From an uncultured Acidimicrobiaceae bacterium (GTDB lineage Bacteria > Actinomycetota > Acidimicrobiia > Acidimicrobiales > RAAP-2): a stretch of 64,000 nt of DNA. This document shows positions 9,177-19,238 of the stretch, piece by piece (positions within the stretch are counted from its first letter, which is position 1; each line of letters begins with the position of its first letter). The notes beneath the pieces are model-generated. The model saw only the letters and a program-made list of their open reading frames with translations. It was not told the DNA's origin and searched no databases. A program made the translations under genes and the position numbers. The DNA is taken from assembly GCA_963818915.1 (NCBI GenBank), contig CAWFTV010000015.1:98321-162320 (forward strand), read 5' to 3'.

Positions 9177-10451
9177 GTGGCGAAGTTCGGCGAAGGCGGG
9201 GATCTGGTCAAGTGCAGCTTTTGCGGCAAGACCCAGAAACAGGTCAAGAAGCTGATTGCCGGGCCCGGGGTGTACATCTGCGACGAGTGCATCGACCTCT
9301 GTAACGACATCATCGCCGAGGAGCGCGACGAGACCACCGAGCTCAGCTTCGAGGACCTCCCCAAGCCCAAGGAGATCTTCACCTTCCTGAACGACTACGT
9401 GGTCGGTCAGGAGTACGCCAAGAAGATCCTGTCGGTGGCCGTCTACAACCACTACAAGCGGGTGCAGGCGGGGCCGGTCCAGGACGACGGGGTCGAGTTG
9501 GCCAAGTCCAACATCTTGCTGCTCGGCCCCACCGGATGTGGCAAGACGTTGTTGGCCCAGACGCTGGCCCGCATGCTGAACGTTCCCTTCGCCATCGCCG
9601 ATGCCACGGCACTGACAGAAGCCGGCTACGTCGGCGAGGATGTCGAGAACATCTTGCTCAAGTTGATCCAGGCTGCCGACTACGACGTCAAGCGGGCCGA
9701 GACGGGCATCATCTACATCGACGAGATCGACAAGATCGCCCGCAAGAGCGAAAACCCGTCCATCACCCGTGACGTCTCGGGCGAAGGCGTCCAGCAGGCA
9801 CTGTTGAAGATCTTGGAGGGCACGACGGCATCGGTGCCCCCCCAAGGTGGTCGCAAACACCCCCACCAAGAGTTCATCCAGATCGACACCACCAACATCC
9901 TCTTCATCTGCGGTGGGGCGTTTGCCGGCTTGGACCGGCTGATCGAGGGTCGGATCGGCAAGCGGGGGATCGGTTTCCGGGCCGAAGTGCACCGCCGCGA
10001 GCGTGACGACGGGGAGATCCTGCGCCACGTGCTCCCCGAGGATCTGATCAAGTTCGGCCTGATCCCCGAATTCATCGGTCGGTTGCCCGTCGTGAGCGCC
10101 GTCTCGCCTCTCTTCAAGGACGCCTTGGTGCAGATTCTGGTCGAGCCGAAGAACGCACTGTCCCGTCAGTACGAGCGTGTCTTCGCCCTCGACAACGTCG
10201 AGCTCGAGTTCACTCCCGACGCGCTGGAGGCCGTGGCCGAGCAGGCCATGCTGCGGGGCACCGGCGCGCGCGGCCTCCGGGCCATCCTCGAAGAGGTGCT
10301 GCTGGACGTGATGTACGACCTGCCGAGCCGTTCCGACGTCGGCAAGTGTGTGGTCGACCGGGCCGTGGTCCTGGACCGGGTGGCTCCGACGCTCGTCCCC
10401 GTGGGAGGGGTACCGGCCAAGGCGACTCGCACCCGACGCGCTGCTTCCTGA
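9177..10451 (+). CDS. clpX: ATP-dependent Clp protease ATP-binding subunit ClpX
   Basis: It has the zinc-finger N-terminus [30 protein letters not shown], the Walker A motif [15 protein letters not shown] and [14 protein letters not shown]. Confidence 0.97.
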   Translation: MAKFGEGGDLVKCSFCGKTQKQVKKLIAGPGVYICDECIDLCNDIIAEERDETTELSFEDLPKPKEIFTFLNDYVVGQEYAKKILSVAVYNHYKRVQAGPVQDDGVELAKSNILLLGPTGCGKTLLAQTLARMLNVPFAIADATALTEAGYVGEDVENILLKLIQAADYDVKRAETGIIYIDEIDKIARKSENPSITRDVSGEGVQQALLKILEGTTASVPPQGGRKHPHQEFIQIDTTNILFICGGAFAGLDRLIEGRIGKRGIGFRAEVHRRERDDGEILRHVLPEDLIKFGLIPEFIGRLPVVSAVSPLFKDALVQILVEPKNALSRQYERVFALDNVELEFTPDALEAVAEQAMLRGTGARGLRAILEEVLLDVMYDLPSRSDVGKCVVDRAVVLDRVAPTLVPVGGVPAKATRTRRAAS

Positions 10452-10469
10452 TCCGGCCGCCGTCGGTTC

Positions 10470-11858
10470 GTGGAGGACAACGCCGCCGACCGTCGGGGCA
10501 CCGAGGTAGCCGGGAAGCTCCCGTTCACCGAACTGGACGGTGCAGTGGAGTGGCTGGACAGCCACATCGATTTCGAGTCGAAGATGCCCACCCGGCGCGC
10601 CCTGCCCACGCTGGACCGGATGCGCGCGTTGATGACGCTGTTGGGGGATCCCGAGGAGTCCATCCCCTCGGTACACGTGACCGGTACCAACGGCAAGGGT
10701 TCGACGTCGGCCATGGTGACGGCGCTGATGATGGCGCAGGGGCTCAACGTCGGGACGTATACGAGCCCCAACCTCGAGCGGGTCTCCGAGCGGCTGGCGT
10801 ACAACGGCCAGCCGATTGACGACGAGTCCTTCGTCGGGGTGCTCTCCGAGCTGGCCTCGCTCGAGCCGATGCTGCAAGAGCGCCCCACCCGGTTCGAACT
10901 GCTCACGGCGGCCGCCTGGTCGTGGTTCGCCGACGCCGCCGTCGACGCCATGGTGGTCGAGGTCGGCTTGGGCGGCGCCTGGGACTCCACCAACGTGATG
11001 CACGGCGACGTGGCCGTGCTCACCAACTTCAGCTATGACCACACCGACGTCCTGGGCCCGACGCTGGAGGGCATCGCCGAGGACAAGTCCGGGATCATCG
11101 AAGAAGGAAGCGTCGTGGTCGTCGGCGAGACGAGGCCCGACCTCTTGGCGATCGTCGAAGCCCATGCGGCCCGGGTCGGCGCGGCTGCGGTGTGGGTGGC
11201 CGGCCGCGACTTCGGGTGCGCGGACAACAGGGTCGCGGTAGGGGGGCGGCTGGTGACGCTGTGGACGCCGGGTGGGCGCTATGAGGATGTGCTGGTACCC
11301 CTGCACGGGGCCCACCAGGGCACCAATGCCGCCTGCGCGTTGGCGGCGACAGAGGCATTCTTCGGTCGGCCGCTCGACCCGGCCGTGATCGACCAGGGCT
11401 TCGGGATCGTCCGGGTTCCCGGGCGTCTCGAAGTGGTGGGCCGCCGACCCCTCCTGGTGCTCGACGGGGCCCACAACGTGGCCGGCATGACTGCCCTGGG
11501 CCTGGCGTTGAGCGAGGAGTTCGCGGTGGAGGGGAACACCGTGGCGGTGGTGGGGATGCTCTCGGGCCGTGATCCCTCGGCCATGCTGGCCGCCCTGGCC
11601 CCTGCCGCCGTGTCCACAGTGGTGGCCTGCCAGCCGGATTCGCCGCGGGCTCTGCCGGCCTCGGACCTGGCCGACGCCGGCCGCGCCCTGGGTCTCACCG
11701 TCCACGTGGAGCCTTCGGTGCACGATGCGCTGGCGCTGGCCCGCGGCCTGGTCAACGCCCGCGGGCTGATCGTCATCACCGGTTCGATGTACACCGTTGG
11801 CGCCGCCCGCGGCGAAATCCTGGCCGGCGCGGTGCGCTGGGAGGATGCCGGCCGCTGA
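10470..11858 (+). CDS. folC: bifunctional folylpolyglutamate synthase / dihydrofolate synthase
   Basis: It shows Mur-ligase-type motifs VHVTGTNGKGSTSAM, LAYNGQPI, VVEVGLGGAWDSTNV and VLDGAHNVAGM. The start is uncertain. Confidence 0.9.
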   Translation: MEDNAADRRGTEVAGKLPFTELDGAVEWLDSHIDFESKMPTRRALPTLDRMRALMTLLGDPEESIPSVHVTGTNGKGSTSAMVTALMMAQGLNVGTYTSPNLERVSERLAYNGQPIDDESFVGVLSELASLEPMLQERPTRFELLTAAAWSWFADAAVDAMVVEVGLGGAWDSTNVMHGDVAVLTNFSYDHTDVLGPTLEGIAEDKSGIIEEGSVVVVGETRPDLLAIVEAHAARVGAAAVWVAGRDFGCADNRVAVGGRLVTLWTPGGRYEDVLVPLHGAHQGTNAACALAATEAFFGRPLDPAVIDQGFGIVRVPGRLEVVGRRPLLVLDGAHNVAGMTALGLALSEEFAVEGNTVAVVGMLSGRDPSAMLAALAPAAVSTVVACQPDSPRALPASDLADAGRALGLTVHVEPSVHDALALARGLVNARGLIVITGSMYTVGAARGEILAGAVRWEDAGR

Positions 11859-12045
11859 CGCTCGGCGGCGGAGAGAGGCCGGAATCCCCTGGAGGAACGC
11901 GGTGGGAGATCCCTGAGGTAGAGATTGAGAGTTGAACTCTCACTGTTCAGTTGAGGTTTCGAGTTGGGCGTATCACCCGCAACGTGAGGGTTGCGGCGAG
12001 GCCGCCCCCCTGGCCGCAGCGGGCTGCTGCTACTGTCCTCCGCTC

Positions 12046-12456
12046 GTGGATCGCACCCTTGTCATTGTGAAGCCGGACGGCGTCGAGCGCGGGCTGGTCG
12101 GAGAGATCGTCGGTCGCCTGGAGCGCAAGAAACTGCGACTGGTCGCCGTGGAGTTGCGGACCGTCCCCCGAGAGCTGGCCGAAGCGCACTACGCCGAGCA
12201 TGCGCAGCGGCCCTTTTTCCCCGATCTCGTGGCATTCTTCACGCGTTCCCCCGTGTTGCTGATGGTGGTGGAGGGCCCGAAGGACACCTACGCCGTGGTG
12301 CGCACGTTGATGGGGGTCACCAACCCGGCCGAAGCGGCTCCGGGGACGATCCGGGGCGATCTCGGTATCGAGACGACGGAGAATCTGGTGCACGGGTCGG
12401 ACTCGCACGAATCGGCCGCTCGGGAGATCGCCCTTTTCTTTCCCGAACTCGCCTGA
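12046..12456 (+). CDS. ndk: nucleoside-diphosphate kinase
   Basis: (M)[36 protein letters not shown]...[18 protein letters not shown]...NLVHGSDS. The in-frame GTG at 12046 gives the usual length of about 136 aa. The track ORF (11932) has an implausible extension. Confidence 0.93.
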   Translation: MDRTLVIVKPDGVERGLVGEIVGRLERKKLRLVAVELRTVPRELAEAHYAEHAQRPFFPDLVAFFTRSPVLLMVVEGPKDTYAVVRTLMGVTNPAEAAPGTIRGDLGIETTENLVHGSDSHESAAREIALFFPELA

Positions 12457-12591
12457 CCCGCCGGGCCGATCACCGCACTGACGGGGCGGCCTTGTGGTGG
12501 GCGGCAACGTCCCCTAACCTGATACCTCACCTACAGGTACCGGACCCGTCCGGTTCTGGTCCCGCCTACCACCGGGAGAAAGCCCCCACCA

Positions 12592-13623
12592 ATGGCCGAC
12601 AATCGCCTTTCACTACTTGGTCGTGACATGGCCGTCGACTTGGGTACTGCCAACACCCTCGTCTACGTGCGTGGGCGCGGCATTGTCCTGAACGAGCCCT
12701 CCGTGGTGGCCGTGGACGTCAAAGACGGGCGCCCTTTGGCCGTGGGCGCCGAGGCGAAGCGCATGATCGGTCGCACGCCGTCGAACATCCAAGCCATCCG
12801 CCCGCTCAAGGACGGGGTGATCGCCGACTTCGAGATTTGCGAGAAAATGCTGCGGTACTTCATCCATCGCGTGCACCAGCGTCGCTTCGCCAAGCCGCGC
12901 ATGGTCATCTGCGTGCCTTCGGGCATCACCGGAGTGGAGCGCCGCGCCGTCATGGAAGCGGCGGAGTACGCCGGGGCCCGCCGCGCCTACATCATCGAAG
13001 AGCCCATGGCGGCTGCGATCGGAGCCGGTCTCCCGGTGCACGAGCCGACCGGCAACATGGTGGTGGACATCGGGGGAGGGACGACAGAGGTCGCGGTCAT
13101 CTCATTGGGGGGAATTGTGACCAGCCAGTCGGTGCGTATCGGGGGCGACGAGTTGGATGAAGCGATCATCGCGTTCGTCAAGAAGGAGTTCAGCCTCGCT
13201 CTGGGTGAGCGCACGGCGGAAGAGATCAAGATCACGCTGGGCTCGGCCTACGAGCTGGAGCAGGAGTTGCATGCGGAGATCCGTGGCCGCGACCTGGTGA
13301 GTGGGCTGCCCAAGACGATCGTCGTCTCCACCGAGGAGATCCGGCGGGCCATCGAGGAGCCGGTCTCCGCCATCGTCGACGCCGTCAAGGTCACGCTCGA
13401 CCGCACACCGCCGGAACTGGCGGCCGACATCATGGAGCAGGGGATCGTCCTGACGGGTGGGGGTGCCATGCTCCACGGTCTCGAGGCGCGGCTGCAGAAC
13501 GAGACCGGCATGCCCATTGTGGTGGCGCGGGACCCGCTGAACTGCGTGGCGATCGGTGCCGGTCAATGTCTCGAAGAGTTCGAAGCACTCAAACGGGTGC
13601 TGATCACCACGTCCACACGCTGA
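12592..13623 (+). CDS. mreB: rod shape-determining protein MreB
   Basis: [30 protein letters not shown]...[18 protein letters not shown]...VLTGGGAML. Confidence 0.97.
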   Translation: MADNRLSLLGRDMAVDLGTANTLVYVRGRGIVLNEPSVVAVDVKDGRPLAVGAEAKRMIGRTPSNIQAIRPLKDGVIADFEICEKMLRYFIHRVHQRRFAKPRMVICVPSGITGVERRAVMEAAEYAGARRAYIIEEPMAAAIGAGLPVHEPTGNMVVDIGGGTTEVAVISLGGIVTSQSVRIGGDELDEAIIAFVKKEFSLALGERTAEEIKITLGSAYELEQELHAEIRGRDLVSGLPKTIVVSTEEIRRAIEEPVSAIVDAVKVTLDRTPPELAADIMEQGIVLTGGGAMLHGLEARLQNETGMPIVVARDPLNCVAIGAGQCLEEFEALKRVLITTSTR

Positions 13624-13645
13624 CGGATCGTCCGGTCTCCCCGGA

Positions 13646-14479
13646 GTGCCGAGGTCTCGGCGGTCACGCCGCACGTTGACGGTCGTCGTCCTGGTCGTGC
13701 TGTCCCTTTCGATCATCTCGCTCGATCTCAACGGCCGCACGCACGGCATCACTTCGGGGGTCAAGTCGGTGGCGAACAGTGTGTTCTCGCCGTTGCGCGG
13801 CGCGGTGAACGACGTCATCGATCCCATCGGCGACTTCTTCGCCGGCGCCGTGCACTACGGCGCGCTGCAGTCCGAGAACCAGAAATTGGCGGCCACCGTC
13901 GGACGGCTGCGCCAGGAAAAGGCGGAGAGGGGCTTCGAGCAGAACCAGCTGCGCGACGTGATGGCACTGCAGAACCTGCCGTTCCTGGACTCGCTCACCC
14001 ATGTCACGGCACAGACCACGGAGATCTACACGTCGAACTTCACCATGACGATCACCATCGGCAAGGGGCGGGCGGACGGCGTGGATGTCGGGATGCCGGT
14101 CGTCGGCGCGGGCGGACTGGTCGGGCAGGTGATCCAGTCGTTCCATCACAGCGCGGTGGTGCAGCTGATCACCGACGGTCAATCCAAGGTGGGCGTCACG
14201 TTCGGCGCCGCTCAACTGACGGGGACCGTCGACGGGCAGGGGCCCGTCTCACCCATGACGGCGGACCTCATCGCGCCGCACACGGCGCTGACCAAGGGCG
14301 AGATCATGTACACGAGCAGTCTCGACGGCGCTGCCTTCCCCCCGGGCATCCCGGTGGCCCACGTCAAGTCGTTCCACACCGGTGCGGGGGCCAGTCAGGA
14401 AGCGGTCACCGTCACTCCCGAAGCCAACCTGAACCAGCTGGCGTACGTCGACGTGGTCGTGTGGGAGCCCCCGGCGTGA
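13646..14479 (+). CDS. mreC: rod shape-determining protein MreC
   Basis: It has an N-terminal TM helix, a coiled-coil segment (SENQKLAATVGRLRQEKAE) and a beta-rich C-terminal domain. It lies between mreB and mreD. Confidence 0.85.
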   Translation: MPRSRRSRRTLTVVVLVVLSLSIISLDLNGRTHGITSGVKSVANSVFSPLRGAVNDVIDPIGDFFAGAVHYGALQSENQKLAATVGRLRQEKAERGFEQNQLRDVMALQNLPFLDSLTHVTAQTTEIYTSNFTMTITIGKGRADGVDVGMPVVGAGGLVGQVIQSFHHSAVVQLITDGQSKVGVTFGAAQLTGTVDGQGPVSPMTADLIAPHTALTKGEIMYTSSLDGAAFPPGIPVAHVKSFHTGAGASQEAVTVTPEANLNQLAYVDVVVWEPPA

Positions 14480-15015
14480 GTGCGCGCGCCACGCTGCGGG
14501 TGGCCCTGGTGGCCCTCTTGCTGCTCCTGGTCCAATCGACCGTGATGCTGTCGATCCGCGTCGGCGGCGTGCACCCGGACATCGTCTGGCTCCTCCCGAT
14601 CACGGCGGCGCTGTTGGCGGGCCCCGAGACCGGCGCCATCGTGGGATTCTGGTCGGGTTTGGCCTTCGACCTGGTCCTGCCGACGCCGTTCGGCCTCGGC
14701 GCGCTGGTGGGCTCCCTCCTCGGTTTCTCCATAGGCGTGGCGACGGCGGCGGTCGATCGCCGGGCCGTGTGGCTCCGACCGGTGACGGCCGTCATCGGCA
14801 GCGTGGCCGCCGACATGTTGTTCGCCGTCCTCGGTGCCATCTTCGGCCAGCAGCAGATGGTGCAGATCGATTTCTTCTCGCTCTTCCTCATCGTCGCTAT
14901 CTCGAGCGCGGTGTTGGTGTTTCCCGTCAACCGCCTCATGCAGTGGGCCCTGAGCGTCGACGGGAACCGGCGCTCGTTGGTGTCGGCCAGCTCGACGGAG
15001 AGCGGCCTCTGGTGA
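14476..15015 (+). CDS. mreD: rod shape-determining protein MreD
   Basis: It is a polytopic small membrane protein (LRVALVALLLLLVQSTVMLSI...DIVWLLPITAALLAG...) following mreC. The GTG at 14476 forms a GTGA overlap with the mreC stop; an alternative GTG lies at 14461. Confidence 0.8.
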   Translation: MSARATLRVALVALLLLLVQSTVMLSIRVGGVHPDIVWLLPITAALLAGPETGAIVGFWSGLAFDLVLPTPFGLGALVGSLLGFSIGVATAAVDRRAVWLRPVTAVIGSVAADMLFAVLGAIFGQQQMVQIDFFSLFLIVAISSAVLVFPVNRLMQWALSVDGNRRSLVSASSTESGLW

Positions 15016-17237
15016 AGCGGACGCTGCGCCACCCCTTACGGGGAGATCGCCTCCATCCCAAGCCTTCGACACGCCAACCGCGACGCCGGTCGTCGTGGGA
15101 CGAGGGGAGCGCGCGCCAACCACGCATGCGTCCGCGCAAGAGCGTCAATGTCGCCTCGCTCGTCGGTTCGCCCGAGGACGAGCCGTCGCGCCCGAACCTC
15201 CGTCTGCGCGTCGTCGGCGTCGTGGTCCTGATTCTGTTCCTCGTCCTCGTCCTCCGCCTGTGGTCGTTGCAGATCATCGACGGGAAGTCGTACGCGGCGG
15301 CTGTCACGCGCAACCAGGTCCGCGTCGTCAGCGTGGCTGCGCCCCGGGGCGAGATCGTCGACCGCAACGACACGGTGCTGGTCACCAACGTCCCCGAGCA
15401 AGAGCTCTTGCTCTCGCGCGTGACCGCCCTCGACGACCCCACCATCATCGGCAAGGTCGCCGCATTGGTCGGCCAGACCCCGGCGCAGGTCGAGCTCTCG
15501 GTCAAGAACGATCGCTACAGCCCCTACGAGCCGGTTCCCGTCGCCACCAACGTGTCGGCCAGCACGGTGCAGTTCTTGCAGACGCACCAGGCGGACTATC
15601 CCGGAGTCAGCGTCCAGACCGTCACCCAGCGCACCTACCCCCAGGGGGGGACCACGGCCACTCACGTGCTCGGGTATCTCGGGGACATCACGTCCCAGGA
15701 GCTGGCCGCCAATCCCAAGGCGGGTTACACCCAGGGCAGCCTGGTCGGGCAGTCGGGCATCGAAGAGCAGTACGAGAGCTACCTGCGGGGGGTCAACGGG
15801 AGCCAGGCCCTCTCGGTGAACGCCGCCGGCACCGTGGTGGGCACGTTGTCGCGGCAGGCCCCGAAGATCGGCGACACCGTGGTCCTCAACCTCGACACCG
15901 GTCTCCAGCAGGTGGTGCAGAACGATCTGCAGGCGCAGATACTCCTCGACCGCAAGACCCCCGACGTCGTCGACCACAACAAGCTGCCGCCGGCCATCAA
16001 CGGGGCCGCCATCGTCATGAATCCGAACAACGGGCAGATCTTGGCCATGGCCTCCTCGCCCACCTACGACCTCAACGAATGGGTGGGCGGCATCTCGAGC
16101 GCCGACTACGCCTCCCTGGCCGCCAGCGGGGCAGAGAACAACTACGCCATTCAGGGCGAGTACACCCCCGGTTCGACGTTCAAGCTGATCACGGCCACGG
16201 CGGACCTGCAGGACGGGGTGTACAGCCCGGCGCAGTACTACAACGACACCGGAAGGTTCACCGTCAAGCCGTGCAACGGTGCCGCCGCGGGATGCACCTT
16301 CAGCGACGACCTGGGTGATGCCGGAGGCGAAGTGAACCTGCCCCTGGCGCTGGCCATCTCGAGCGACTCGTACTTCTACAACCTCGGTGAGCTCTTCTGG
16401 AACGGTCGGAGCGCCTACGGCAGCGACGCCATCCAGAACGTGGCGGCCGAGTACGGCGAGGGCCAGACCACCGGGATCGACCTGCCGAACGAGGGGACGG
16501 GGCGCGTCGACAGCCAACCCGAAAGGGAGAAGCTCCACAACGAGGACCCGGCGGCGTACCCCAACACGAGTTGGTACACCGGCGACAACATCGAGATGGC
16601 GTTCGGCCAGGGAGCGACCGCGCTCACCCCGATCGAGCAGGCCGTGGCGTATGCCACCTTCGCCAATGGGGGGACGCGGTACGCGCCGCAGGTGGCCTCG
16701 CAAATCGTGAATCCGACCACGGGCCAGGTGGTCAAGACAATGGTGCCCGAGGTCACCGGGCACGTCGACCTCCCGGCCGCGGTGCGCAACCCCATCCTCC
16801 AGGGCCTCCAGGGGGTCATCTCCAACCCCAAGGGGACCGCCTACTCGGACTTCGCCGGTTTCCCGGCCAACTGGAATTTGGCCGGGAAGACCGGCACGGC
16901 CACCAATCCCGGGGCTGACGAGCCCAACAGTTGGTTCGTGGCCTTCGGCCCCAACCCCAATCCTCAGTACCTGGTGCTGGCCGTCATCGACGAGGGCGGG
17001 TACGGCGCCGAGGCCGCCGCCCCGTTGGTGCGCAACATCTTCGACTACCTCTTGACGAACCCGGTGGTCGATACGGCCAAGACGCCCTCCCCCTCCAGCC
17101 CGCCCACGGCCGCCCTCCCGGCGAGCAACCCGCCCTTCGGCACGCCCACGACCACCACCGCCCCGGGTGCGACGACCGCGACCGGCGCGACCGCCACCGC
17201 CACCACCACGCCGACGACCACGCCCCCCGGGGGGTAG
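15012..17237 (+). CDS. mrdA: penicillin-binding protein 2 (class B transpeptidase, elongasome)
   Basis: It has the TM anchor LRVVGVVVLILFLVLVLRLW, a dimerisation domain, and transpeptidase motifs STFKLITATA, SSDSYF and KTGTA. The GTG at 15012 overlaps the mreD stop (GTGA); an alternative ATG lies at 15126. The track ORF start at 14769 lies inside mreD. Confidence 0.9.
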   Translation: MKRTLRHPLRGDRLHPKPSTRQPRRRSSWDEGSARQPRMRPRKSVNVASLVGSPEDEPSRPNLRLRVVGVVVLILFLVLVLRLWSLQIIDGKSYAAAVTRNQVRVVSVAAPRGEIVDRNDTVLVTNVPEQELLLSRVTALDDPTIIGKVAALVGQTPAQVELSVKNDRYSPYEPVPVATNVSASTVQFLQTHQADYPGVSVQTVTQRTYPQGGTTATHVLGYLGDITSQELAANPKAGYTQGSLVGQSGIEEQYESYLRGVNGSQALSVNAAGTVVGTLSRQAPKIGDTVVLNLDTGLQQVVQNDLQAQILLDRKTPDVVDHNKLPPAINGAAIVMNPNNGQILAMASSPTYDLNEWVGGISSADYASLAASGAENNYAIQGEYTPGSTFKLITATADLQDGVYSPAQYYNDTGRFTVKPCNGAAAGCTFSDDLGDAGGEVNLPLALAISSDSYFYNLGELFWNGRSAYGSDAIQNVAAEYGEGQTTGIDLPNEGTGRVDSQPEREKLHNEDPAAYPNTSWYTGDNIEMAFGQGATALTPIEQAVAYATFANGGTRYAPQVASQIVNPTTGQVVKTMVPEVTGHVDLPAAVRNPILQGLQGVISNPKGTAYSDFAGFPANWNLAGKTGTATNPGADEPNSWFVAFGPNPNPQYLVLAVIDEGGYGAEAAAPLVRNIFDYLLTNPVVDTAKTPSPSSPPTAALPASNPPFGTPTTTTAPGATTATGATATATTTPTTTPPGG

Positions 17238-17252
17238 GAGTCCCGTAGGGTT

Positions 17253-19235
17253 GTGAGCACGATGCACACTCTTTGGCCTCAGGTGGAACGGCTGCTCCTC
17301 GGTGTCGCCAAGCCGGCGCGCTACATCGGTGGTGAGCAGGGTGCCCAATACCCCGAGCACGGTCCGGGGAAGGTCGCCTGGATGCTCATCTACCCCGACA
17401 CGTACGAGATCGGGCTCCCCAATCAGGGGTTGCAGATCCTCTACGAGATCCTCAACGAGCGCCCCGACGCCGTCGCCGAGCGGGCGTACGCCCCCTGGGT
17501 GGACATGGAGGCGGCCATGCGGGACGCCGGCGTGCCCCTCTTCAGCGTGGAGCAGCACGTGGCGGCCGCGGACTTCGATGTCCTCGCCTTCAACCTCTCG
17601 GCCGAGCTGGTGTACACCAACGTGCTCAACCTGATCGACCTGGCCGCGGTCCCGCTCCACACGGCCGACCGCGGGCCCGAGGACCCCTGGGTGATCGCCG
17701 GGGGCCACTGCACCTTCAATCCCGAGCCACTGGCCGACTTCGTCGACGCCTTCGCCCTGGGCGACGGGGAAGAGATCGTCGGGGAGGTCAACGCCAAGTT
17801 GGCGGCGTGGCTGGACCGGCCGGTGGGGGAGCGGGACCGACAGGAGCTGCGCCTGGCGCTCGCCAGGATCGACGGTGTCTACGTTCCGGCCCTCTACACC
17901 TCGACCTATCGCGACGGTCGGCTGGTCTCCACCCTCCCGAACAGGCCCGGCGTCCCGGTCGACGTGGCCAAGCGGACGGTGAGCGACCTGGCCGACTGGC
18001 CCTACCCGGCCCGTCCGTTGGTGCCGCTGACCGAGGTCGTGCACGACCGCCTGAACGTCGAGGTGTTCCGTGGCTGCACCCGGGGCTGCCGCTTCTGCCA
18101 GGCGGGGATGATCACCCGCCCGGTGCGCGAGCGGCCGGCCGAGCAGGTCAAGGAGATGGTGAGCCGGGGACTGGCCTGGAGCGGCCACGACGAGGTCACC
18201 TTGACCTCGCTCTCGACGGCGGACTTCTCGGGCATCGAGGGGACCGTGCGCGACATCATCGAGGACCCGGTCCACGAAGGGAGGGTCTCGGTCAGCCTGC
18301 CGTCGCTGCGGGTGGATGCCTTCACGGTGGGGACGGCGGCCCAGATCCAAAAGGTGCGCCGGACCGGTCTCACCTTCGCCCCCGAGGGCGGCACCTGGCG
18401 CATGCGCCAGGTGATCAACAAGCTCATCACCGAAGAGGATCTCTACAGCGCGGTGGACGCCGCGTTCAGCCAGGGCTGGCGCCGGGTCAAGCTCTACTTC
18501 TTGATCGGGCTGCCCACCGAGCGGGACGAGGACGTCATCGGCATCGCCGAGCTCGGGAAGCACTGCGTCGAGATCGGACGGCGCCATTCCAAGTCGGTCA
18601 CCGTGGTGGCCTCGGTGGGTGGGTTCGTCCCCAAGCCGCACACGCCCTTCCAGTGGTTCGGCCAGGACACGGTCGACGAGCTCCAGCGCAAGGTCAACCT
18701 GTTGCGCGAGCAGGCGCGTACCACCCGGGGGCTCACCATCCGCTGGCACGAGCCGGCGGCCTCGGCGGCCGAAGGTGTGGCCAGCCGGGGCGACCGCCGG
18801 ATGGGGGCGGTCATCGAGCGGGTGTGGCGGGCCGGCGGCACCTTCCAAGAGTGGTCCGAGCGGTTCGACCTCGGGCTGTGGGAGACGGCGCTGGCGGCGG
18901 AGGGGTTGAGCCTGGCCGAGGTGGCCTACCGCGATCGGGACGAGCACGAGCCACTCCCGTGGGATCACATCTCCGCCGGTCTCCACCGCGACTTCCTCTG
19001 GAACGACTGGCAGGACGCGCTGGCCGAGGCGGCGGTGGAGGACTGCCGCTGGACGCCGTGCTACGACTGCGGCGCCTGTACGGGATTCGGATTGGAGCAC
19101 GTGGTGGCCTCGCCGATCCCCCCGGCCGGGGGGAGCCAGGGGACGGGCCAGGACCTGGCCTCCGGCGGGCGGATCCCGGTCCGCCTGCTCAGCGGGGTGC
19201 GCTCACCCGCCGGTGCTGCCGCGGGGACCGGCTGA
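17253..19235 (+). CDS. radical SAM protein of the uncharacterised TIGR03960-like family (function unknown)
   Basis: The CxxxCxxC cluster RGCTRGCRFCQAGM is present. The long N-terminal domain (AKPARYIGGEQG...IYPDTYEIGLPNQGLQILYEILN) and a following DUF2344-like gene give the arrangement I know from the conserved pair upstream of rne/rng. Confidence 0.8.
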   Translation: MSTMHTLWPQVERLLLGVAKPARYIGGEQGAQYPEHGPGKVAWMLIYPDTYEIGLPNQGLQILYEILNERPDAVAERAYAPWVDMEAAMRDAGVPLFSVEQHVAAADFDVLAFNLSAELVYTNVLNLIDLAAVPLHTADRGPEDPWVIAGGHCTFNPEPLADFVDAFALGDGEEIVGEVNAKLAAWLDRPVGERDRQELRLALARIDGVYVPALYTSTYRDGRLVSTLPNRPGVPVDVAKRTVSDLADWPYPARPLVPLTEVVHDRLNVEVFRGCTRGCRFCQAGMITRPVRERPAEQVKEMVSRGLAWSGHDEVTLTSLSTADFSGIEGTVRDIIEDPVHEGRVSVSLPSLRVDAFTVGTAAQIQKVRRTGLTFAPEGGTWRMRQVINKLITEEDLYSAVDAAFSQGWRRVKLYFLIGLPTERDEDVIGIAELGKHCVEIGRRHSKSVTVVASVGGFVPKPHTPFQWFGQDTVDELQRKVNLLREQARTTRGLTIRWHEPAASAAEGVASRGDRRMGAVIERVWRAGGTFQEWSERFDLGLWETALAAEGLSLAEVAYRDRDEHEPLPWDHISAGLHRDFLWNDWQDALAEAAVEDCRWTPCYDCGACTGFGLEHVVASPIPPAGGSQGTGQDLASGGRIPVRLLSGVRSPAGAAAGTG

Positions 19236-19238
19236 GCG

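Noticed and set aside
8580-11723. 1047-aa minus-strand ORF spanning clpP, clpX and folC
   Set aside because: It is antisense to three unmistakable plus-strand genes. Its translation is Arg/Gly/His/Pro-rich low complexity with no recognisable motif. Long stop-free antisense frames are expected at this GC content.
15036-19100. 1354-aa minus-strand ORF
   Set aside because: It is antisense to PBP2 and the radical SAM gene. It shows the same GC-driven artefact signature, with runs of RRG/GGG and no domain motifs.
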